Of a stretch of 64,000 nt of DNA, positions 29,076 to 38,920 are shown in pieces. The position numbers were made by a program, and so were the translations under genes. Under the pieces are notes generated by a model, which saw nothing but the letters and a program-made list of their open reading frames with translations, searched no databases and was not told the DNA's origin. The stretch's first letter is position 1. The number at the start of each line of letters is the position of its first letter. Source of the DNA: Candidatus Latescibacterota bacterium (lineage in GTDB: Bacteria; Latescibacterota; UBA2968; GCA-2709665); assembly GCA_965219995.1 (NCBI GenBank), contig CBDCOX010000002.1:3424001-3488000 (forward strand), given 5' to 3'.

Positions 29076-30410
29076 CTAATAAACCGCGGCCGTCAGCGAC
29101 CCCCGGTTTGACTCGTCACGGTACGCCTCATAGAGATGCGGCCGGCGCTGCATCCAATTTACCTCACGGAAGCACCCCCCGTTCCAGGTCCGATACCCGT
29201 CGGCCAGGTCTACCGTCGCCAGAATGTGGTCGCTGTCTCCTTCATTCCACGCCAGGATGTCGCCCTTTCTGTCCACCACACAACTGCCCTGCGTCGTATT
29301 CCGCGCAACCACCATACACACCTGATTGTCCATCGCGCGAGTTCGCATGATAGCCTTCCAACGGTCCTCGCTGAAGATCGGCGACCCCGGACTCCACCGG
29401 CTGGCGCGGTGATCGCCCATGATCGGCAGCAGGAGGAAGTCCGCCCCGCTCAGTCCCACCATCCGTGAGGATTCCGCGGCTGAGCTGTCCATGCAGATAT
29501 TGCATCCGATTCGTCCGATGACCGTGTCGAACATGGGAAAGCCGTCACCGGGCAGCATCCCGGATTCGCTCTCGCCGCCCACTGCCAGATGTACCTTTCG
29601 ATACCTGCCGTCCACCTCGCCGTCGGGCCCGATAAGTGCCGCCGTATTGTGAACCGCGTCACCGTCCCGTTCGATCAGGCCCAGCAGAAGGTAGAGCGCG
29701 TGACGGCGGGCAAGGTCCGCAAACGGCGCCGTTTCCGGACCGGGCAGCGGTACCGCCAGGTCGATGGGACTCCCCGAAATCCCCCACTGAAGGGCGATTT
29801 CGGGCAAGACAACCAGGTCCGGCCCCGCTTCGCACGCGGCCTTGCACAGCGGCAGATAGTAGTCGATATTCTCGGCAACGGTGGTATAGGGTCCCTTCCG
29901 CGACCCCGCTTTGCCGGTTACGACCGCCACCTTCACCGCCGGGGGCAACTCCGGGGCATCGACAACCCTTACCTTGGGCAAAAGCCACTCGGAATCGCCG
30001 GCGGTTGCCCACCGGAACGTGCCGCGCAACGTCAAGCGGTCGACGCCTTCCGGCGCGGTCATTGTTCTGGAAAACCGGATCGTCCGCGGTCCGGCCGGCT
30101 CCGGCAGGAGGTAATCCCATCCCTTTATGTCTCCCGTACGTACCGTCGCGTCGTCCGGCGGCATCTCCCCCCAGTAGGATTTGCAGCGCAGCGTGTCCCG
30201 CGGGTGGTCAAGAGCCCTGTAATCCACCTCCCACGTTGCCCGTAGCGTCTGACCCTGTTCAATCCCCGAGAATACCGCCTGCCATCCGCCAACGCATGTC
30301 CGTGTTCCATTGGCCGCCGCCGCGAAGGTCTTGCCGTCTCGCTCCGTCAAAGGCGCGGCGGAAGGATGCGGCGCCCAGGGTTCGATCCTCTCCAGTTTCA
30401 GGTCGGCCAT
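29076..30410 (-). CDS. Carbon-nitrogen hydrolase family protein with N-terminal extension
   Basis: Catalytic triad motifs LPEI, YRKVHL, ICMD; RTRAMDN. Confidence 0.9.
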   Translation of the reverse strand: MADLKLERIEPWAPHPSAAPLTERDGKTFAAAANGTRTCVGGWQAVFSGIEQGQTLRATWEVDYRALDHPRDTLRCKSYWGEMPPDDATVRTGDIKGWDYLLPEPAGPRTIRFSRTMTAPEGVDRLTLRGTFRWATAGDSEWLLPKVRVVDAPELPPAVKVAVVTGKAGSRKGPYTTVAENIDYYLPLCKAACEAGPDLVVLPEIALQWGISGSPIDLAVPLPGPETAPFADLARRHALYLLLGLIERDGDAVHNTAALIGPDGEVDGRYRKVHLAVGGESESGMLPGDGFPMFDTVIGRIGCNICMDSSAAESSRMVGLSGADFLLLPIMGDHRASRWSPGSPIFSEDRWKAIMRTRAMDNQVCMVVARNTTQGSCVVDRKGDILAWNEGDSDHILATVDLADGYRTWNGGCFREVNWMQRRPHLYEAYRDESNRGSLTAAVY

Positions 30411-30456
30411 TTTTCCTCCATGTGATGAACGCCAATGGCGACGTCGGCGTCGCCAC

Positions 30457-31557
30457 CTAATGATCGCCGGCTTTCAATATTCCATCGACAAACGCATAGG
30501 CTTGTTCACGGATATCCGGCGGAAACGCATGCTCCGCGTCGGGGTGTACAGCCAGCAGACGGCCGGAGGCGCCAAGCAGCGCGTATACGGGCACGGCGGC
30601 CCGGACACAATCTTTCACACCCGACACTTCGAAATTACCGTCCCGTGCAGGTGCGTTGATGAAAAAGCCCCGCGGAGCGAGGGCGGCAACCACCTCCGTG
30701 AAGTCGAACGGCATCCGATTCGGGTCCTTGGCGTAGCGTTCGGATATACGGGGCATATACCCCCGATGGCTCCACCCCGTCAGGTCGCCGTTGTAATATT
30801 TGAAGAACGACGTGAACCCGCAACTGGACACCACAACCTGCAGCCGGGGTTCGAATACGGACAGATACATGGAATTGTGTCCGCCGAGGGAATGGCCGAT
30901 ACACCCGATCCGGCCGCGGTCCACCTCCGGCAGCGACTGAAGCAGGTCCACGGCCCGCATGTGGTTCCAGATCCCTTTCATTGTGGCGCTGGCATACCCA
31001 TTTTGATATGGATCGAATTCGTAATCTCCAAAATTCACATAGTCCGGCGCCAGTGTCACATAGCCCCTGCGCGAAAGTTCCAGCGCATAGTGCAGATCGG
31101 GGATGCCACCCACGCCCGCGGGTTCGCCCTTCCCGATCTTCGTCGTCTGATGCAGGCACAACATTGCCGGCGCCTTGCCATTCAGGTTCTTCGGGACCAG
31201 CAGGTACGCGGGAATCCGGTCCCCCGGTTCCGACAGGTACGTGACTTTCTTCCGTATCACGTCCCCCAGATCCTCGGTCGCGACGACCTCCATCTCCGGC
31301 GCGGGCACGCTGGAACGGTCGGGGAGGGGTCCCATCACTTCCTCCATATTCGCGATGATATGCGCCCGCCGCTTCGCCCAGTGCTCCGCGTTCGTTATCG
31401 CCCGCTCCTTGCCATCCGCGTCCACGTATACCAGTAGATCCATCTTATCCTCATAGAACGGCGGACTTTGCTCGGCATTTGGAACGCCCGCAAGCATCGC
31501 GTACCCGAGGGCCAGCCTGACCGCCCATTGTGAAAACCTGCTCAGAAAAAACACCAT
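30457..31557 (-). CDS. Exported alpha/beta hydrolase (esterase-like)
   Basis: CLHQT, GHSLGG nucleophile elbow, HAFP; signal-like N-terminus. Confidence 0.88.
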   Translation of the reverse strand: MVFFLSRFSQWAVRLALGYAMLAGVPNAEQSPPFYEDKMDLLVYVDADGKERAITNAEHWAKRRAHIIANMEEVMGPLPDRSSVPAPEMEVVATEDLGDVIRKKVTYLSEPGDRIPAYLLVPKNLNGKAPAMLCLHQTTKIGKGEPAGVGGIPDLHYALELSRRGYVTLAPDYVNFGDYEFDPYQNGYASATMKGIWNHMRAVDLLQSLPEVDRGRIGCIGHSLGGHNSMYLSVFEPRLQVVVSSCGFTSFFKYYNGDLTGWSHRGYMPRISERYAKDPNRMPFDFTEVVAALAPRGFFINAPARDGNFEVSGVKDCVRAAVPVYALLGASGRLLAVHPDAEHAFPPDIREQAYAFVDGILKAGDH

Positions 31558-31604
31558 TCAGAATTCCTCGATGAAGAATCTTGACAGAAATACGAACGGG
31601 CGAC

Positions 31605-32384
31605 TCAACGCGCCGTCCACCCGCCGTCCACAAACAGCGATGTACCCGTCACATAGGTCGACGCGTCGCTGGCGAGAAAGAGGGCGGCGCCGCGGATCTC
31701 GCGCATCTCGCCCCAACGATTGAACGCCGTCTGGTTGAGCAGGCTCTTCACCTTGTCGGGCGTCTTCAGGAGGGGCCTGTTGATCTCTGTCAGAAAGGGT
31801 CCCGGGCAAAGCGCGTTGCACCGCACGCCGAAAGGCGCCCACTCGAGCGCGAGCGCGCGGGTCATGCCGGCGACCCCGGCCTTGGACGAACAATATGCCG
31901 AGCGTTCGGCCAGTCCTACGGCGCTCAGCGTCGATCCCACGTTGATGACCGAACCGCTTTTCTGTGAGGTCATGATCCGCCCCGCTGCCCGGCAGCAGAG
32001 CCAGGACCCGGTCAGATTGGTCTCGACAACCTGCCTGAATTCGTCAACCGGAAAACGGTCTAACGGATGCCGGATGTTGATTCCCGCACAGTTCACCAGA
32101 ACGTCCAGCCGTCCCAACCGATCCGTGACCGCCCGCATCAATTGAATCACATCATCATCCGACGTCACGTCGACGGAAAGTCCCAGGCTCTCGCGTCCCG
32201 TCTGCGCCGCGATCTCCGCGGCAACCGATTCACAATCCGGCCCGTTTCTGGAACAGACCACGGTCGCGGCGCCCGCTTCGGCCAGCGCCAGCGCCATTTC
32301 CCTGCCCAGGCCCTTCGATCCACCCGTAATCAGGGCTACTCTTTCATCCAGCCGAAAAAGATCCAGCGTCTTTGGCTCTTCCAT
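31605..32384 (-). CDS. SDR family oxidoreductase (gluconate 5-dehydrogenase-like)
   Basis: TGGSKGLG, YCSSK, VDGGW. Confidence 0.92.
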   Translation of the reverse strand: MEEPKTLDLFRLDERVALITGGSKGLGREMALALAEAGAATVVCSRNGPDCESVAAEIAAQTGRESLGLSVDVTSDDDVIQLMRAVTDRLGRLDVLVNCAGINIRHPLDRFPVDEFRQVVETNLTGSWLCCRAAGRIMTSQKSGSVINVGSTLSAVGLAERSAYCSSKAGVAGMTRALALEWAPFGVRCNALCPGPFLTEINRPLLKTPDKVKSLLNQTAFNRWGEMREIRGAALFLASDASTYVTGTSLFVDGGWTAR

Positions 32385-32447
32385 ATCCGCCTCCGCGGTT
32401 TGCTGTCCAGTTCCTCGAGTCATTTGCTGTTCGAATCGATTCAACGA

Positions 32448-33551
32448 TTACAACTCGGCGAGAACCGTCCGCAGTATCCCTGCGAACAACAACCTCTCCT
32501 CCGGCGTCCCCACCGTCACCCTGAAACACCTGTCCAGAGGCGCCGCCATCGGTTTTCGCACAAACGCGCCGTGCCGTTGCAGCGTCTCCAGAATCGTATT
32601 CGCGCGTTCTGTCGTTCCCGCGTCGAACGCCACGAAATTCGTGGCCGAGGGCAACGTGGGCAAACCGAGACCTGCCCCCAGCCGAGCATAGTCCTCCCGC
32701 CCTTCCTCGACCGAGTTCACAACGCCGGACACGAATTCCGTATCCTGGAGCGAGGCCAGCGCCCCGGCCTGCGCGACGCGGTTCACGCCATAGTGGTGCC
32801 GCACCTTCTCAAGCGCTTCGACAACGACCGTGTCCGCAATTGCGTATCCGATGCGTGCCCCGGCCATCCCGTGCGCCTTTGAGAACGTGCGCATACGAAT
32901 GACGCGCGGCCGGACCGGCGCCATCGGCAGCGGCGGGTCCTGGGTGGAGAACTCCGAATATGCCTCATCCAGAATCAGAAGACACCGCTCCGGAAGCGAT
33001 TCTTCAAACGACCGGATGTTCGCCGCCGTATGCCATGTGCCCGCCGGGTTGTCCGGATTCGACAGGTACGCCAATCTGGCTCCGGTCTCGGCGGCGGCTC
33101 CGGCCAAACCATCGAGGTCATTTCTGTCGTCCCGGTAGGGCACGAAGCGCAAGAGGCCGCCGAACCCCGAAACGTGGTAGTTGAAGGTCGGGTACGCTCC
33201 CAGAGACGTCACGACCGTCTCGCCGGGCGCTACGAAGACCCGCACGACAAGCCCCAGCAGGTCGTCGATTCCGCTGCCAACGCTGACGTTTTCGAATGGC
33301 ACGTCGTGGAACCCGGCAATTGCGGCGCGGATTTCGTGGTTTTCGGGATCGTTGTACCAACTCACCCGCTCAACCGCCCGGAACATGGCCTCGCGCGCTA
33401 TCGGCGAAATCCCGAAGGCGCTTTCGTTTGCCCCCACCCTCACCCTGAATGCCTTTCCGCGCCGGCGCTCCAGGGCTTCGGGCCCCACGAAGGGCACCGA
33501 TGCCGGCAGGCCGCGAACAATTCGGGTAAATGGAAACCCGTTATCCATCAT
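32448..33551 (-). CDS. PLP-dependent class I/II aminotransferase (HisC-like)
   Basis: GANES, NPDNPAG, LDEAY, RTFSKAHGMAGARIGY. Confidence 0.92.
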   Translation of the reverse strand: MMDNGFPFTRIVRGLPASVPFVGPEALERRRGKAFRVRVGANESAFGISPIAREAMFRAVERVSWYNDPENHEIRAAIAGFHDVPFENVSVGSGIDDLLGLVVRVFVAPGETVVTSLGAYPTFNYHVSGFGGLLRFVPYRDDRNDLDGLAGAAAETGARLAYLSNPDNPAGTWHTAANIRSFEESLPERCLLILDEAYSEFSTQDPPLPMAPVRPRVIRMRTFSKAHGMAGARIGYAIADTVVVEALEKVRHHYGVNRVAQAGALASLQDTEFVSGVVNSVEEGREDYARLGAGLGLPTLPSATNFVAFDAGTTERANTILETLQRHGAFVRKPMAAPLDRCFRVTVGTPEERLLFAGILRTVLAEL

Positions 33552-33624
33552 CCGGACTCCGTGGACGCAGAGATATTCTGGCGCCCGTCAACCTCAATTC
33601 GCCGAAAGACAACAGTCAATTTGG

Positions 33625-33650
33625 CCACAAAAAGCACAAAAAACACAGAA
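33625..33650. repeat. Short 9-mer tandem tract
   Basis: CCACAAAAA GCACAAAAA ACACAGAA. Confidence 0.6.
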
Positions 33651-33697
33651 GGGACCGGCGCCAAACGGGTATTGAGGTCGTTCACGACGAATCCACG

Positions 33698-34192
33698 TTA
33701 AAAACGGATGCGGAACCGGATGCGGAATTCAAGGCCTTCCTCACCGGATCCATGAGGCGCCCCCCAGTCCACCTGGTCCAGATGCGCATCCACATAGGCA
33801 TCGCCCATACTGAACAGGATAAGGCCAATCGTGGTATACAGAAAGATATTCCGTTCCGGGGATGCAGCGGTCGACCGGCGCTGATTCAATTGGCTTCGAC
33901 GGACAAAAAACGCCGCCGTGGAACTCACCTGCGCGGCAGCGATAATGCTTCCTTTTATGGGCCGGCGATTATAGAACTGCCCCCATCCGGGCAGCGCCAG
34001 CGACCGCAACATCGCACCCCGCGCGGCCCGGGTCCCGCGGATACTGTCCACGGCCGACGAATCCGGACGCGCGGCGGAAGCCGGAACCGCACAGGCGAGT
34101 ATCGCCATTCCAGCGACGAACACCAGAATCCTGGCGCCGGAACCCCCCCGATCCGAAGTCGCGGATCCTCGCCTGCAGGCCTTGCGCTTCAC
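33698..34192 (-). CDS. DUF5683-like membrane protein
   Basis: AMLRSLALPGWGQFYN and DAYVDAHL. Confidence 0.85.
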   Translation of the reverse strand: MKRKACRRGSATSDRGGSGARILVFVAGMAILACAVPASAARPDSSAVDSIRGTRAARGAMLRSLALPGWGQFYNRRPIKGSIIAAAQVSSTAAFFVRRSQLNQRRSTAASPERNIFLYTTIGLILFSMGDAYVDAHLDQVDWGAPHGSGEEGLEFRIRFRIRF

Positions 34193-34195
34193 GAT

Positions 34196-35134
34196 TCATG
34201 CTCCGATCGCCAATCTTGCCGCGCCCAGAATCCCGGCGTCGTCACCAAGCATACCCGCCACAATCTTCACCCGCTCCTTCACGCCGACCGTCCCGCGTTC
34301 CAGAAACGTCTTTCTGACCGGCTCAAAAAGCCATTCTCCGGCGCGCGCAAGCCCCCCGCACAACGCCACCACCTCCACGTTCGTCACACTGACAAGGCTC
34401 ACGAGCCCAATCCCCAGCAACCTGCCCGTTTCCTCGAACATGGCGCGCGCGAACCCGTCACCTGCCTCCGCCGCCTCGAATATCGCCCGCGTCGTCAGAC
34501 CCTCGGCGACCAGCGGGGTTTCCGGCGTTTCCGTGATCAGCCGCTCGCGGGTCCGCTTCACCATCGCGGTCGCGGAAACGTAGAGTTCCAGACAGCCATA
34601 ATTCCCGCAGGGGCAGCGGGGTCCGTTCCAGTCGATGGTCACGTGGCCCACCTCGGCCGCATTGCCGTTGAACCCGTGCATCAATTCGCCGTTACATACC
34701 CAGCCGCCGCCCACGCCCGTGCCCAGCGTCACACATAAAAAATGGGGCGCCTTCCTGCCAGCGCCCCGCCACTGCTCGCCAAATGCCGCGAGATTCGCAT
34801 CGTTATCCACCACCACCGGCATTTCGAGCGCCGCCTCCAGCCTGTCTTTCAGACGTACGCCGTGCATGCACGGCATGTTTTCCGGAGAAATGATGACGCC
34901 GTTAAAGGGATCCAGCGGGCCGGGGGCCCCGACGCCCACGCCGCGCACTCCGGTTCCGCCGCCTTCCCGAAGTACCTGCCGGACGCACGTCGCGATTCCT
35001 GCGATCACACGATCACTGCCCAGGTCGGGGCGGGTGGGACATCGGAACCGTGCGACGATTTCGCCCGCATCCGTCACCAGACCCGCGCGCGTGTTGGTTC
35101 CGCCCAGGTCGACGCCAACCGTCAGCGTGCTCAC
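34196..35134 (-). CDS. ROK family sugar kinase
   Basis: GVDLGGT, NDAN, TLGTGVGGG, EVGH..CPCGNYGCLE. Confidence 0.94.
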   Translation of the reverse strand: MSTLTVGVDLGGTNTRAGLVTDAGEIVARFRCPTRPDLGSDRVIAGIATCVRQVLREGGGTGVRGVGVGAPGPLDPFNGVIISPENMPCMHGVRLKDRLEAALEMPVVVDNDANLAAFGEQWRGAGRKAPHFLCVTLGTGVGGGWVCNGELMHGFNGNAAEVGHVTIDWNGPRCPCGNYGCLELYVSATAMVKRTRERLITETPETPLVAEGLTTRAIFEAAEAGDGFARAMFEETGRLLGIGLVSLVSVTNVEVVALCGGLARAGEWLFEPVRKTFLERGTVGVKERVKIVAGMLGDDAGILGAARLAIGA

Positions 35135-35772
35135 ATCTCCGCCCGCGCCTGTTTCACGGCGTCCACGAACGCCCGGGCGGTCGCCGTCAATTTCGCCCAG
35201 TCCCTGTCTGCCACCGCCTGTTTATCCACCATCGCGCTTCCGGCCCCCACCGCGCACGCGCCGGCCTTGATGAATTCCGGTGTCGTTCGGGCGTCGACAC
35301 CGCCGGTGGGCATCAACCGCACCTGCGGAAGCGGTCCTTTAACGTCTTTGAAATAGGATGGGCCGCCCACGCCCGCGGGGAACACTTTCACCACGTCGGC
35401 CCCGGCCTGCCAGGCGGCAAGAATCTCCGTAGGCGTGAAGCCCGCCGGCATCACCACCTTGCCGTATCGCCTGGCCATTGTGATTACATCCAGGTTCAGC
35501 GTAGGCCCCACGACATACTCCGCACCGGACAGGATGGCCGCGCGCGCCGTCTCCGGATCCAGTACGGATCCGACACCCACAATCGTATCCTTCATTTTCG
35601 CGGACGCTTCCTCGATGACCTTGAGCGCACCCGGCACGGTCATGGTCACCTCGATGGCAATCACGCCGCCTTCCCGCAATGCTTTGGATACATCCATCAG
35701 TTCCGCGGGCGAATCCGCCCTCAGCACCGCCACCACGCCACAGTCGATGATTCGGTCCAGCACACCGGCCAT
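35131..35772 (-). CDS. eda: KDPG/KHG aldolase
   Basis: VAVLR, IEVT, TPTE, KVFPA, MPTGGV. Confidence 0.93.
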   Translation of the reverse strand: MAGVLDRIIDCGVVAVLRADSPAELMDVSKALREGGVIAIEVTMTVPGALKVIEEASAKMKDTIVGVGSVLDPETARAAILSGAEYVVGPTLNLDVITMARRYGKVVMPAGFTPTEILAAWQAGADVVKVFPAGVGGPSYFKDVKGPLPQVRLMPTGGVDARTTPEFIKAGACAVGAGSAMVDKQAVADRDWAKLTATARAFVDAVKQARAEM

Positions 35773-35788
35773 TCGATATTCTCCTCTG

Positions 35789-36832
35789 TTACCGCCTGAT
35801 TCTGGCTGCTGCGCCTCTCATGGCCGCCTCCGCCTCCGCCCGCGTCGCCCAGTTGACGTCGCCCGGGAACGTATGCGCAAGGGCAGAGTACGCGCCCGCG
35901 AAATCCACCGCGGCCTGAGGGTCCATCCCCTCGAGCAGGCTCGAAATCAACCCGGCCGAGAAACTGTCCCCGCCTCCAACGCGGTCGACCATTTCAAGGT
36001 CCTCGTAGATTCGAGACAGGTAGAACTCGTCACCGTCGAACAGGAGCGTTCGCCAGTCATTCAGCAGCCCCGTCTTTGCGACCCGCAACGTCGTGCCCAC
36101 GTAATCCACATTGGGAAAGCGTTCGACCGCCCGCCGCGCCACGTCCTTGTAGCTATCGGGATCCAGGCGACTGTAGTCCTCTTTCGAGCCCTCCGCCTGC
36201 AACCCCAGGACCTTTTCAAAGTCCTCTTCGTTGCCAATCAGTACTTTGACCAGCGGAATAAACCTGCTGGTGGTCTCCTGGGCTTTTTCCGAACTCCACA
36301 ACTTCGACCGGAAGTTCAAGTCATAGCTCGTCGTTACCCCGGCCCTGCCGGCCGCCTCCAGGGCTTCGAGCGTCGTGTCCGCGGCACTGTCGGAAAGCGC
36401 CGGGGTGATGCCGCTCACGTGAAACCATTTCGCACCATCGAAAACGGACTTCCAGTCCACCATGCCCGGCTCGATGTTCGATATCGCGGAATTCGCCCGG
36501 TCGTAGGTCACCGCACTGGCCCGCGGCCCGACGCCCAGTTCGACGTGGTAAAACCCGTTCCGTTCGATCCCGACCCCGTCGAAATCCACCCAGTGGATAT
36601 TGGACATGTCCACGCCGTGTTCCCTGCCCCGGTTCCGGATGACCCAACCCGTCCAATTGTCCACCAGCCGGGATACCCACGCCGCGTTCAGCCCCAAATG
36701 TGCGCATGCTACCGCCACGTTGTATTCGCCACCGCCGATCTCGACGTCGAGACTGGTGGAATTCTCCAGCCGGCGGTATCCCGGAGACGACAAGCGGATC
36801 ATCGCCTCCCCGAAGGTGACCACATCGTACAT
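35789..36832 (-). CDS. kdgK: 2-keto-3-deoxygluconate kinase (PfkB family)
   Basis: VVTFGE.MIRL, GGGEYNVA, SGITPAL, DLNFR.KLW, DRVGGGDSF; adjacent to eda. Confidence 0.9.
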   Translation of the reverse strand: MYDVVTFGEAMIRLSSPGYRRLENSTSLDVEIGGGEYNVAVACAHLGLNAAWVSRLVDNWTGWVIRNRGREHGVDMSNIHWVDFDGVGIERNGFYHVELGVGPRASAVTYDRANSAISNIEPGMVDWKSVFDGAKWFHVSGITPALSDSAADTTLEALEAAGRAGVTTSYDLNFRSKLWSSEKAQETTSRFIPLVKVLIGNEEDFEKVLGLQAEGSKEDYSRLDPDSYKDVARRAVERFPNVDYVGTTLRVAKTGLLNDWRTLLFDGDEFYLSRIYEDLEMVDRVGGGDSFSAGLISSLLEGMDPQAAVDFAGAYSALAHTFPGDVNWATRAEAEAAMRGAAARIRR

Positions 36833-36866
36833 CGCTTCCCTCCTCAAATGAACCAGGGTGCCGTCG

Positions 36867-37562
36867 TCATTCGTCGCTTCCGCCCAAAAGGCCGGAAAGG
36901 ATCAACATCCGGAACAGGAAAAGCACCGCGACCAGCGCCGACGCCACGTAGGTCCAGGCCGCCGCATTCAACACCTTGCGGGCAGCGGGGATCTCCTCCC
37001 GGGTCAGATATCCGCCTTCCTGGAGAATGGCAATTGCCCGGCTGCTGGCATTGAACTCCACGGGCAGCGTGACGAGCCCGAACAGGACGGCGAATGAAAA
37101 GAACACGATGCCGAGTTGAAGCATCAGTCCGGATTGAAAAAAGAATCCGATGAAAAACAGGGGCATGCCGACCCAGGACCCGAAGTTCGCCACGGGCACG
37201 ATATTCGTCCGCAGGCTCAATGGAAAGTACCCATGCGCATGCTGAAAGGCGTGACCCGCCTCGTGGGCCGCCACGCCGATGGCCGCAAGCGACCGTGACC
37301 CGTAGGTGCTGTCCGACAGACGCAAGGTATGATCTCTCGGATCGTAATGGTCCGTCAGCTTGCCGCCCACGTTCTCCACCTTGACCGAAACACGGCCCCG
37401 CCGCAAAATATCCCGGGCAACCTGGTCCGCGGTCCACCCGCTTCGGGCGCCGAATTCATCGAATTTGGCGAAGGTCCGTTTGACCTTCAACTGCGCCCAC
37501 AACGCCAGGATGAACCCGGGAATCACAAGAATCAGCGTCGGGTCCCAGAAAAAAGGGAACAT
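36867..37562 (-). CDS. YugP-like membrane zinc metallopeptidase
   Basis: LTDHYDP, AAHEAGHA.Q, TLPVEFNAS.RA, AAAWTYVA. Confidence 0.93.
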   Translation of the reverse strand: MFPFFWDPTLILVIPGFILALWAQLKVKRTFAKFDEFGARSGWTADQVARDILRRGRVSVKVENVGGKLTDHYDPRDHTLRLSDSTYGSRSLAAIGVAAHEAGHAFQHAHGYFPLSLRTNIVPVANFGSWVGMPLFFIGFFFQSGLMLQLGIVFFSFAVLFGLVTLPVEFNASSRAIAILQEGGYLTREEIPAARKVLNAAAWTYVASALVAVLFLFRMLILSGLLGGSDE

Positions 37563-37654
37563 AAACGCAACACCTCCTTAGTGTACTGTCCAAAAATACC
37601 TCACCATTCTTCCAACGATTCATCCCGTCTCGCTGCAGTATGATCTCCTGACTT

Positions 37655-37936
37655 CGGTAAGACGTTAGACGTGACGGTAGATGACGTCTTTGCCCGATTC
37701 GTCTTTCCTTTATGCCTCTGGCAAGAAAGGATGGCGCACGGGGCAAAAAACCCGTTAGACGCAAGACGGTAGACGGTAGATGACGTCTTTGCCCGATTGG
37801 TTGCTCCTTTACGCCTCTGGCAAGATATGAAACCGTACAGGGCAGACAATCTCTCCCCTCTTACGTCTAACGTCTCCCCGCCTTTAGGGCGCTCATATCA
37901 TCTCCCGACTCACCTCTCCCGTCTCACCGCCTTTAG
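37655..37936 (+). repeat. Heptamer-armed modular element, copy E (two tandem cores)
   Basis: Cores at 37681 and 37780; two right arms each ending CCGCCTTTAG; lies between two minus-strand genes. Confidence 0.9.
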
Positions 37937-37972
37937 AGAATTGCTGCTTTCCCACGGCCGAATTCAGGCAAC

Positions 37973-38920
37973 TTATTTCCGGGACAGAACACTGAAGTCT
38001 CCGAGGACCTCGCCGGCTTCGACGCGGTACCCGCGTACCAGTTCCGCGCCGCTCATCCGCGACTTGCCGGACGGTTGTACTTCCTTAAGCGCGACGGCTC
38101 CGTCTCCGGCGGCCACCACACATCCTTTCCTGCCGTCCGCCACGACCACCTCGCCGGGCATCCCCGCGCCGCCGGCGGCCGTCGTCCTGTGCACCTTCAG
38201 GGTTTCGCCTCTCCAGGTCGTAAACGCCCCTGGAACGGGGTTGGTTCCGCGAACCAGATTGCAGATAGCCATCGCGCCGCGCGCCCAGTCGATACGCCCG
38301 ACCTCCTTCTCGAGCCTGGGCGCCCTGGTGATCCCGGTATTCGGCTGCGGAGTCGACGTCAATTCGTCTCTTTCGAGACGCTCGACGACGTTCACCAGCG
38401 CATCCGCCCCCAATTCCCGCAGCCGATCCGAAAGCTCTCCCGCCGTCTCCTCGCGGCCGATACCCAAAGCCTGCTGGAACAGAAGATCTCCCGCGTCCAC
38501 GCGCGCGGTCAGGCGGATTACGCTTATCCCTGTTTCAGTCTCTCCCCGGATAATCGCCCAGTTGATCGGGGCCGCTCCCCTGTACCTGGGCAAGAGAGAA
38601 GGGTGAAGGTTTATCGACCCGAGCTTTGGAACGTCCAGCACGACCCGTGGTAGTATTGCAAACGCGACCACCACGAAGAGGTCGGCATCGAGGCGCCGAA
38701 GCCGGCCCGGAAAGTCACGTGATTCGAGCAGGTGCGGCTGCAGTACCGGAAGCCCCAATCGTTGAGCGGCCACCTTTACGGGCGGCGGCATCAGCTTGCG
38801 CCCCCGCCCACGCGGACGGTCCGGCCGGGTCACGACCGCGGCGACGTCGTGTCCGCAAGCGGCCAGGCGCTCCAGTGACGGTACCGCGAAATCGGGAGTC
38901 CCCATAAACACCAGCTTCAC
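37973..38920 (-). CDS. fmt: Methionyl-tRNA formyltransferase
   Basis: VFMGTPDFA, NLHPSLLPRYRGAAPI, DAGD. Confidence 0.97.
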   Translation of the reverse strand: MKLVFMGTPDFAVPSLERLAACGHDVAAVVTRPDRPRGRGRKLMPPPVKVAAQRLGLPVLQPHLLESRDFPGRLRRLDADLFVVVAFAILPRVVLDVPKLGSINLHPSLLPRYRGAAPINWAIIRGETETGISVIRLTARVDAGDLLFQQALGIGREETAGELSDRLRELGADALVNVVERLERDELTSTPQPNTGITRAPRLEKEVGRIDWARGAMAICNLVRGTNPVPGAFTTWRGETLKVHRTTAAGGAGMPGEVVVADGRKGCVVAAGDGAVALKEVQPSGKSRMSGAELVRGYRVEAGEVLGDFSVLSRK

